A DNA stretch of 54,950 nucleotides from Nemertoderma westbladi (taxonomy: Eukaryota; Animalia; Xenacoelomorpha). The notes below the pieces were generated by a model. That model was not told where the DNA came from and made no database searches. It saw only the letters and a list, made by a program, of their open reading frames with translations. Shown here one piece after another: positions 44,387 through 54,950 of the stretch. Location: contig JAUCBJ010008175.1 of assembly GCA_032718475.1 (NCBI GenBank), forward strand, positions 1 through 54,950, read 5' to 3'. A program made the translations under genes and the position numbers. Each line of letters begins with the position of its first letter. Within the stretch, counting starts at the first letter, position 1.

Positions 44387-47300
44387 TTACGTTGGGGAGC
44401 CCCTAGATGTTTGAGGAATTAGGGAAGTGGTCGTGGGAAGAGTATCTTGCCTTCCATAGTTTCCGGAGAGTTCTTGGTCTCTTTCCAGTAAACATAAACG
44501 ACCAACTGGGCGGTTGAGCTGTTGTGTCTCAAAGACTATTCCCGGTTTCTTAAAGTTACGCCGCATGACGACGAGTTCTACCGATCGCACTAAACCATCA
44601 TCCGACAGATGGGTCTCAATGATACGACCTGTCTGCCACCGCTTACGTGGAAGATCTAAGTCCACTATAAGTACCATGTCTCCGGCGCTGACGTTTTCTT
44701 GCTGCGCAAACCACTTGGTTCGAAGTTGTAGCATAGGCAGATAATGTTTTTCGAAATGGTCAGCGAAACGACGAGATAACAATTGCATGAGTTGCCAAGT
44801 TTGCCGGCAATACTCGTCTCTCCGTCCGTGATTTCAGATCGTGGGAGCATGGCTACAGGTTTCTTCAGTAGGAAGTGCGCGGGTGTTAGCGCTTCCAGGG
44901 AATTGGGGCTCACTGAGACTGGCATAAGCGTTCTCTTGTTGAGATAGGCGGCGATTTCCTCCATTAACGTCCGCAAAAGTTTGTCGGTAAGATACGCGCG
45001 CGCGCGGCACGGCACTATAAAGTGAAATGCGGTCTTCACGCTTCTAATTGATCTCTCCCAACTTCCTCCCCACCAAGGGGCGTCGGCGGCGTTGAAGGTC
45101 CAGCTAGACGCTGTTACCCTTAACTGATCGTCCACCTGTCTTTGGTTCCAATCTTTGACGTAAGCCTTTATTTCGTTGTTGGCACCAATGAAGTTCGTTC
45201 CCTTATCTGATCTCATTGTGTTACTAGTTCCAAAGCAAGCGATCTGTCGGTGTAAGCTCAATATGAAGCTGTTGGTAGATAGATCGTTCATCATATCGAG
45301 ATGGATAGCTCTACAAGTCATGCAGACAAAGATGACACACCATCTCTTGACTATAGTCCTAACACGATATACTTCAATAGGGCCAAATAAATCCACACCG
45401 GTATTAGAAAAGGGTGGTTCGTAGAAGCTTACGCGTTCCCTAGGTAATTCTGCCTCTCGCTGTGTTAAAGGCCTACTGAATGCTTTCCTACAGTGTATGC
45501 AGTTCCTAAGAACTTGGTTCAGAGCTCTACGGGGTTTATGAAAATAATAGCGAGTTTGAATTTCGCTAAGAACTCGTTCTCTACCAGCATGATAAAGCCT
45601 ACTGTGAACATCTACAATCATCTTGATTTGTATTTCAAGATTTCTAATGAGTATGGGAAACTTAGTGTCAAAGGATAATGGAGCATTAGTTAATCTACCT
45701 CCAACACGTATTAACCCGTCTATCATTATACTAGAGAAACGATCCCTTAAGCGCATCTGTGGATTTCTCAACAACAGGAAATACTTATCGGAATCCTCAT
45801 AGCATTGCAGGAGTCTCAGTATCTGCTTATTAGTTTCTTCATGCTCCGGGTAACTGATCTTCTCGTCAGAAACCGTTCCGATGTCTTATACTTGGGAAGA
45901 TCTTTAACAACATGGACCTGCGCCGATGTCAGTGGAGCGGTATCACCACCGGTTTTCTTTCTGGAGTAATGATAATGAAAACATCGTTTCAAATATACAA
46001 CGGCATTACAGAGCCGATTCCAGGAGCTGTAGTGATGTATTGCTCTCTGCAGGAGGGGTGAGAGTCCGTGTGAGACGTCTGGTGTTCCAGATTTCCAGTC
46101 TCTCTCTCTAATCTCCACAACGGACTGATTTGTGGCGGGGAGTTTTAGATCCAAAACGTCATCTCCAGAAATGTGTAGTACAGACAGATCTACTACTGGT
46201 TTAAATAACTTCAATTTACTCGCCCAGGTTTTAGGTTTGACTTTCTCCGCTCCCTTGGCTTGTCTAATCTCAGCCGTGGTAAGATGAGGAGGCTATTCAT
46301 CCTCTTCCTTGCTTAGGAAGTCGGGTCAACCTAACCAGTCTGGAGCATCTATCAGTTCGATGTCGGCTGGATTAATCGTCCCAGGGCAATGTCTCCATTG
46401 ATCTGTCTTCGTGCGACTAAGTATAATGGCTACTCGGTTGGTAACGAAGATGCTGAACTGACAAACTTCATTGGTGATATACTCCAACACGAGCAAAGCA
46501 TCGGTCCAATAGACGGTTTTCTCCAATGGATAGTCTATCTGTTCGGTTACATTCCGGCCGATGGCTGTAGCGTATAGAGCCGCTTTAACTCCGCTCGAGG
46601 AACTTTCAGTTTGTTGTTTATCAAGGCCTTAGAGGTAACCAAGGCGACTTTAATTCCGTCTGGAATTTCAACTCTCATGTAGGCTACTATACCTATTCCC
46701 ATATCGCTGGCATCTCCAAACACATGGAGTTGATAGGAATATGTGGGGAGAATGTGACCAAAGTATGAATGGGAAATAATAAAGTTCTCGATGGATGGTA
46801 GAGAATCTTCCCATTTCATCCACTTCTTCAGTTGTTCTCCTTTAAGTGGATCGTCCCACAAGTGGTTTTCCAGCCACATTTGTTGTACTAAGCTCCGAGC
46901 AACCAATATAACGGGGCTAATAAATCCCAATGGATCGAAATAAGTACTCAGGATACTTAGACAAATCCGTTTGGTCCGAACTGGATTATCTCGTTGTTCG
47001 AGTTGGAAAAACAGGATATCTCTCTCTGTGTCCAATTTCAAACCAAGTGTCTTGGTTTCTGGAAGATCGTCCAGGAAGTACAAGAAGTATATCTCTTTTG
47101 CTGAAGCGTTTGCCATAAGGCGTCGATGTAGTTGCGCGATTCTCTTCTCCACCAAGGGTCGGTTATTTATAAAAGTTGGTTCTCTCCGCCGGAAGGGCAG
47201 ACCAATCTCATACCTACCTTGGTCTTTAAGAAAACGTTTCGTCATTTCAAGTATCTGTTTGGCTCTTTCCTCTTCTACCGATAAGGCCTTATCGTAGGAA

Positions 47301-50300
47301 TTAGGCTCTACAGCTTCTTGAGTAAAGAATCGTACGGCGTGTTCATCACGAGTCCTCGAGTTGTAACGATCTAGTACTTCATTCAACTCACCATTGTAGT
47401 TGTCTTGTCCCACTGGATGGACGAGGTGACACAAGTTCACTTGGTTTCGCCAAGTTTCATTTTCCGTAAGAAGGTTGATGGTATTCTCCTCGTCAAATAT
47501 TGGATGTATATTGTCATGATCTGAGGAGTATGGTGTTCCCTCAGGTGTATCGTCTCCTTCACTGATTTCTTTTTCCCATTCACTCACTTGGTGGATTTGT
47601 TCTTTTGGTATCCTTTCCCTGAGTTTCCTACGGGAAGGTCCAGTAAAGTACCAACCTACTCTAGTTCTTTCCGCATAGGTTTGCAGTGGTTGCGGTTGAG
47701 CAGGCCGTTTCTCTAATGTCTCCAGAGCCTTATGCGCATTTTGGCCGATGAGTATTTGTACCCCTGGATAGTCGGTGTTAAATCTAGGTATATCATACTG
47801 CTGGGTGAACTCATCTTCATCCCAGTTATAAGGTTCCACTTGGCTGGTGGCGAAGTTCTTTATCGCTACCATTTTTACTAACCTTATACTGTGTTCTCCT
47901 AGCTCATCCTGGGGGGTGGACAACGCGCCTACATAATAGTCTGTAGCTACTGTAGATTTCCAAACCTGCATAATTCCTGAAAGGTTCAACTTAGTTCGGA
48001 ACTTGGGTTGTCCAGCAAAGATGTCCTCGGCTAGTTCTTTGTTGATGAATGTTCTGGTACTGCCGGAGTCAAGGAGGGCGTTCACTATATAACTCTTTTC
48101 CCCTCCGTGGACTCTCAACTGCACTACGGGAAATTCTCTAATTCCTACGTTGGAAGTTGGCGCGTTCCAAGATGGTTTTTGGTCAGGAATATTTAAGGGG
48201 AGCTCACATTCGGTGTCAGTCTCATACGTAAGTGCTCGATACACTGCGGTGTTTATCATGTATCAGGATTCATTTTCATTGGAGAATTAGTCTGTGTAAA
48301 ATCCTTCCATCTCAGAACTGTGATCAGTGTTGTTCACATCACTGAATTGGACGTGTAGTTCAGACTCACTCACCTGACTCGTACTGTTCCTTTCGAATTC
48401 GGTGTGTAGCAAGATATGTTGTTTCACGCCGCACTTAGCACACCTCACGTCTGAGTAACAGGTTCGCCGTTGATGTCCTTGTCTGAGACAGTTATAACAC
48501 AACCGCTTATCCCACATGACTTCACGTCTATCTTTCAAAGACTTCTTTAAGAAGTCATCACACGCACTCAAACGATGGGGCCTGTCGCACAGAACACATT
48601 TTGGTTTGATGTTACTTACCTTAACCTTGGGTAATGTTGTGCACACTCGTTCTTTCCTCGGGCTTTCTTCCATGAATTCTCTTAGGGGACATAGGAGTTT
48701 TTGTTACCTATTCTCTCCTATCACTGGCTCGAGACTTATATTTACTTACGTTTTTGTGTGCTTTGTCGACATAGTAAGCTCTTTCAGTGTCTTTTCCGCT
48801 GTTCTCCTCTTGAGAGGTTTGGCTTTCGCCATCATCGGTATAACACACTGGGGTGACTTTTCGCCTAGAAACGGGTTTTTCAATTACCTTATTTTCCGGT
48901 GTCTTCTCCCGGGACTGCCTTAGGAGCTGTAATCCTACCTCTCCATTTAGGAATGACATAAGATCATCCATGGTAGGGTCTCTTTGTTGCTGGTCCATCA
49001 TATAGAGCACTTTCTTGTCCCAGCGAGTACCAACTCCACCCTTTGGCAAAGTAGATGCTACAGCTCCAATAACCATGGAACTCTGATATTCATGAGACTT
49101 GCCTAACCAATCTAGTTGTCTACAGATCTCCTGAATCTCATCGGAAAACTCTATAATCCCGCTGCTTGCGAACTTTCGGGGCGCTACTAATTTTGCATAT
49201 AAATACCTAGCTATGTTTGTCCTATTACCATACCTGATGTTTAATGTATCCCAAACTTGTCTTAATCCATCTGGATGTCCAATAAACTTTAACGCCATTA
49301 ACTTGGGAGGTCCGTCCAAACACTCGATGAGGAATCTAAGTTTCTCTCCGTTAGACAGCACAGAGGTCTGTATGTTATCTTTGTAATATTCATTAAAAGG
49401 TAACCATTTCATCTCATCTCCATTGAACTTGACAATCTCTCCCACCTTTACCGCTTGACAGGCCTCGGTTCTAGCCATTTGACGTGTAAAACTTTCTTGA
49501 GCCATCGTATTATTTAATATCGAGTTATCGGTATATAAATTTCTCGGATTATTCGACGCGCACCCATGAGGCGGACGCTGTCCCACCACCCTTGGGGCCA
49601 GTCTGACTCCATTTTTATCAGACCGGGCCGGAGGGTAGCCCAATGCTTCCCGGGTTCAATTTTCAATCCCCCGATCACACCGGCACAGCTCGTCGAACAT
49701 GTAGCCATGTAGAACATGGGCGACTGCTACATGTCAACCAACTTACTGTGGCCTGACTGTACGTGTACATTGAGCCAACTCAGAGTCAACCGGCGGGTGG
49801 ACCAGTCGATAGCGATCAAGCATCAAGGTCGCCCTTGAGCCAAACCGACGGTCTTGTCCCAAGTGGGCTTGCGCAACCCAACATGGAATATTGACACATT
49901 TTCACCCGCCTCGCCGGCAGTATTGAGGGGAAGTCGGTTCCGCAAACAATACTGACTAGCTCGAAAGCTAGGAACAAGTAACCACTTACTAGTCACTGTA
50001 CACATGTACTCAACAGATGCTCACAATATCGAGTACACAACGGTAAACACAAAATCGAACACATACCATGCACACACAGAGGACATAATCGGGGAAGACA
50101 AAATCGGTGACAAAATCAGAGGGGACAAAATTGTATCGACTAATAAAAGAGCCGAGAGTACCTTATTTTGCCGTCAGGGCAAAATAACTTTGTGTGCACA
50201 AAGTATGCTGGGGCGCAGTAAAGATGTGGTCCTACTAATAACCAGCAGCGACTGAACCAACTGGCAAGGTTTCCCACACTCACTCGTAGTGGCCATACAC

Positions 50301-52936
50301 ACACTCACGTATACCACGTACCCACAGCAACAGAAAGCTCAGGCAAACTGCCACTGATCATCCACACACAAACCACAGATTCCAGAACATCATTACTCGG
50401 ACCACACTACAACACCACCCCCTCCTTACAGCGGATATTCCAGGTGCTACCTCCATTCCAATAGTAGTACCAACAGAATCATCAGAATCCTGCCCCTTCC
50501 GATGCAACACCTCCATTCCAATAGTGCTACCCTGGGAAAAGACACGTTTTAGCAGCCGATTGGAGACAGTAAAGAGTCTGGTCAACTCATACATACATAC
50601 TAAACATAAACACCAAATAAACAACAGATCACACTAAGCCACCACCCCTACTGTGTACAGGACTAGCAGTACGGCAACAGGCCGACTAGACGGTACCACG
50701 GCACCATGTTGATTCATGGTTTGCTCGACACGAGGGCCTTCAGTATCTCCCTTGCACTTAGAATAGATTTAATGTGCCCCCAGACCCTCACTAGTCCGCT
50801 GCCACCTGTTTTGCGCACCCCTATAGAGACCTCACCTCTTTAGGTACGCGATACTCTGCTGCACTTCTTGCAACTCTAACCTACCCTCTCTTACTGTTCC
50901 CTTCAACTGCTGAACAGTCCCCGCCAACTCTCGGACCTGTTGGAAGGAGCGGAGGTGATTCTCCTCCATCTTACCGAGCAGGATATCCATCCCCCGTCGT
51001 CTCTCATCCACCCACTCAACCGCCGAAGCAGGAGTCGCCAACATAGTAGCGGGCAGACGAGGGACGACCGGTGACAAATCCTTGATGTCTCTCTCAGCGT
51101 CCAGGACCAGGATGGTCTCAGGGGCTGTTCTACCGGGCACAAGTAGTTTGGTACTGTGCAAAGGGAATTTAGAGTTAGGTTCTGGAAGTACAGGGGTCTC
51201 TACTACAGAAGGGGTGGCTTCGAGAACAACAGGCCTATTTATTTCAGGCTCATCTACTATAGTAGGAAGTCTTTCTATTTTAATAATTTGGTCTGTGAGT
51301 TCTGGACTACCTAAGTTTTCACTAACTAGTTGCCTTCTCACAGCTGGGGCAAATTAGGCAGTTTCGGGTGGTGGGTTGTTCTTCTACGTCGGTTTGAACG
51401 AGATCTATTTCCTCTGCCTTCAGGATCTGTCGTATCGTCTTCATCAGACGATGTAAATCCCTGTCGCTTAGGAGTTGACCAACTTAGCAGTTGCATATTA
51501 CTAGCTGTTCTCTGTCTGTCTATGTAGTCTTGCCTCTCTTGCAGATTTTCCAACTCTAGTTGGGTGGTCTCTTCTTAGGCTTTCTTTTCTGCTTCTGCCA
51601 CTGATCGTTTTCTTTCTGCTTCGGCCGTTTTTCTTTCCGCTCCTGCCTTTGCCGCTGCCTTCTTGCTTTGCACTTCTGCCTCTGCCTCTGCTGCTTTTAT
51701 TTCCACTTCGGCCACTTTCTTTTCCGCTTCTGCCGCTGCTACTGCCGCTGCTGCTATCTTTCTGTCTTCTATACGTTTTTTCTTTAATTGTTCTTCTTGT
51801 TCCCTAGCGATGCGGCTGCTTTCATCAAATATAGCTCCATTTGCTGCTAGCCTTTCCGCATCTAATGTGTCTAGCACAAATTTAGCTCCCTCACTATTAG
51901 GATGAAGTCCAGCTAACCGTCTCCTTAACTCTTTGTCGCCGATGAATCGCTGATAGTCTGACAGATAGATGTCAATGGCGTCCTTCTTCTGAGGTTTCTC
52001 CGATGTCGCTTCGCTTTCCACCTGAGAAAAGGTAGCGTCTGTTGATTCTCCATGGGTTGAGCGTTCATCCAACTGAATTTTCCACTGGGTTGTTCCTTGG
52101 ACTTTAAGACTCACCCGTTGGAACCAAGTCTTTACGGCAACTTGCAACGACGTGTCTTGAATTCTCTTTGAGGCTTCCTCAAAGGCCGAAAGAATTAGTC
52201 TAATTCTTAAGATTCGTTCACGAACTTGATATAGTAGCTGTTCCTGCTCTTGAGGTCCTTGGGGTTGTTGAAACAGTTGTTCCTCCAATCGCTCCAATGA
52301 GCTGAAGAATCTCTGTACATATCCTGCTGCTGACCTCTTCCACACAGCTGGATCTTTGGCGTCTTTCACTACTCCCATCCTGTATAAGTCCTCCCAGGCA
52401 GCTTCCGATAAGTTAAATGGGAGTCCGGGTCCGGAGAAGTTCCATTGCGTCTCGACAATAGACTTCAATTCTTCCTTCGTGTATCCCGCATAACTGTCCT
52501 TAGTAGATCGCTTACTTCTCGCCCAATCAATTTGATGTTCCTCCACAGCAATCAACACTCTAGCGAGTACGGCTTCGGGAAGAATGAGAAGTGGATCCGC
52601 ATAAACTGCATCCGCTATCGTTGCTCCACGCTCGGGTGACAACTCCACAGTATCCGAACTACTGGAGCTATCAGGCCTCCGAGAAATTAATTCTCGGTTA
52701 GAGGGTTGCCGTTGTTTGACAGCTGCCTCTTGGTCCCGCTTGACTTGAGCCCGAGTGCCTATGATAGACCTACGGTGCTGTACTAGCCTAGGGTCTGATA
52801 CTACTACTGTAGGGATGACCTTTCTGACAGTAGGAGGGGACTTGGACTTTGGTCTTAAACGCTCGGCGCTCCTGTCAGAGTCGCAGACTGTTGCGTCTAG
52901 GAGACTATCTGACAGAGTTTGCTTTTTGTCAGTCAT
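44387..52936 (-). pseudogene. gag-pol: gag-pol pseudogene of copy C (mirror of 1102-9676)
   Basis: Same lesions as copy A, plus a private 24-bp deletion (~46358), a 1-bp deletion (~46583) and a few SNPs. Confidence 0.92.
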
Positions 52937-53255
52937 GTTTAATTGTACAGTTGAATGCCTACTACTATAACGGCAGTTAAAGCAAGTCTAGTAATTCCGT
53001 ATCAACTGTTAGCCTAGTGATCAATTACCGATACCGCTACTCAATGTAACGCAATATATAATATTAGAATACCGGTATAAACTTATAGGATATATAAGTA
53101 TTATTACAAACTAGGTTTAATCACAGAATACCGTTATATAATGTCAGCCTAAATTTATATAAATATAATAATAAGCCTACCTTAAATACCGGTAATGTCA
53201 ATTATTTAGAATAACTGAATTTCTGAATTTTAAGGGTTACTTTACGTTACTTAGT

Positions 53256-54023
53256 TAGATAGATAGATTTATTTATACATTATGTAAAAACAATAACAAA
53301 TACACCAAACAATGTACCGGTATAAAGGTATTGTCCAACATAACATATAGGATTACCCCTAAAGCTTTGCAGCTTATTTCCAAGGGGGTCCTTTATGTTA
53401 CTTGGTTACAAATACAATATTACTCTACGCTAACCTAAAACCAATATAAAACGTAATTACACTATGTACATGTACAACTTTACCGAGAGCGTGACAATGC
53501 CCGACTCAACGATAAAGATGTAATGTACAGAACAATTTATTATAAAACGTAATTACAGTATAAATAGTAAATAATTAATAAACTAATAACTTACTGTAGG
53601 ACTATTGTACCTATTTTTACATTGCACACGGAGATGAGATTTAACTGCAGATTTAAAAGAATGTTGATTATTTAGGTTTTTAATTTCATTAGGCAGAGCG
53701 TTCCAATTTTTTATGCCGTTAAAAAAGAAAGTATCAGATTCAAAGGATTTACAATTCGGGAGGTAGAAGTTTGAAGCACTAGCTCTGGTACTGTAAGAGT
53801 GTGTATCGCGTACTCTGTTGAATTTTTGTTTTAGGTAATTGGGACATTTACCATTATACACTTTATGCACATGGTTAAGGCGTAGCTGCTTAACTCTACT
53901 ATCTAAGTTAAGTAGTCCAGATTCAGAAAAGTCATCTGGAGTTAGGTGGTGCCTAGGTTTGTAGTCTTTAATAAATCGTACTACTTTATTCTGAGCTACT
54001 TGTAATTTACATTTAAGCTGTTT
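53256..54023 (-). mobile_element. CR1/L2-group LINE 3' end (mirror of 15-782)
   Basis: Reverse complement of the window start. Confidence 0.85.
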
Positions 54024-54950
54024 ACTACTACTAGGATCGGCATGCTGCATTGCAGCTGCATTAAGAATGCTGTGCCGGCTTGTCAACAAAATTGCACCGC
54101 CACAACTCCCTATCACCCATGACATTTGCTAGATCATCCGCATCTTTAAGGCCAGTGTCCTTTAAGATGCGTCTCAAGAAAGTCATGGGCTGTCCACCAT
54201 GCTTATTCACTCCATGAGGCTGCCAAAGTACAAGATTATGCACTGGCTGGTCCTCACGGCGAAAGCAATGTCCTGCAAAGCGGAGGCGATTTTGTTCTAG
54301 TGTCAAGCTTGGGGGAACCAATGAGACACCTCCAATGTTATATAGTGTCTGGTTGGAGATGTGTGCATTGTACTTGACACAATGTACCCGGCGTAGCATT
54401 CTTGTGAATGTGCCATCCAGAGATTTGGTGTCCTCAGCAGTTAGAGCCCAGCATGGACTCCCGTAGAGGAGTACTGGAACTACTGCTGCTCTAAATAATC
54501 GGACCTTAAGTTTCCGATTAATTCTAGGTGACTTCCAAATCCTGGAAAGCCTATTCAAGGCTGCCCATGCCTTTCCCTTACGTATTCGAAGGTCCTCACC
54601 TGACTTCCGGATCCATGATCCCAGGTAACAGTAGTCGTCCACATGCTCAAGCATACCATCCTTTGAGCTTATGCTCATCCGATCAGAGACTTGCTGAGGA
54701 CTTTCAAAGTTAACTGTCAGAATTTTGGTCTTTCTGGAGTTAATAAAAAGACCAACACTAGAAGCAGCATGTTCTAATGAGCTGAGGAGCCGCTGGGCTC
54801 CCTCTAATGATTCTGAGAGTACTCCTAAGTCATCAGCAAAGTCTAGATCAGTTAGGTACTTGGCAGGATTTCCTCGACTTCTGGAGCCAGTAGGTGGAGT
54901 TATCATCACCCCATCATCATTATGATGATCTAAGGACATCCGTAGAACAT
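54023..54950 (-). mobile_element. RTE-type LINE, 3' part (RT C-terminal half), running off the window
   Basis: ORF 54061..54939 has LDFADD, YLGS, VPVLLYGS and RLRFAGHC. Very short 3' UTR and (TAG)n tail. Confidence 0.9.

Larger units (their letters stand above)
41155..54037 (-). repeat. Inverted duplicate arm (copy C): A-type leader/gag-pol joined to B-type spacer/ORF2
   Basis: ORF coordinate sums are 54038 or 54063 against 1-9.9 kb and 68361 against 24.2-27.07 kb. Confidence 0.95.

Noticed and set aside
53583-54125. 180-aa ORF as one gene
   Set aside because: Chance fusion of an alternative frame of the RTE 3' end with the L2/CR1 ORF2 remnant.

Overview
Eukaryotic, animal-like, transposon-only DNA with no host gene. 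It is a nested cluster of BEL/Pao LTR retrotransposons arranged as a giant interrupted palindrome. The left part holds two diverged tandem members of one BEL family. Copy A (~783-16469) is decayed and lacks RT. Copy B (~14882-41138) has an open Gag-protease ORF that has lost RT, RNase H and integrase in frame. Both carry a large second ORF (ORF2) after pol. ORF2 is not env-like; it shows DEDDy/WRN-EXD-type 3'-5' exonuclease motifs plus CCHC knuckles, and is preceded by a covarying RNA structure. A young, intact 13,899-bp BEL element of another family (985-bp LTRs, GGTGA TSD, 2703-aa Gag-Pol, 30-bp minisatellite) has inserted into ORF2 of copy B. At 41111-41154 the DNA folds back. The right arm (41155-54037) is an inverted A/B chimera that lacks the nested insertion. 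RTE-type and L2/CR1-type LINE fragments are also present. All family and domain calls come from motif recognition by eye; no database search was run.
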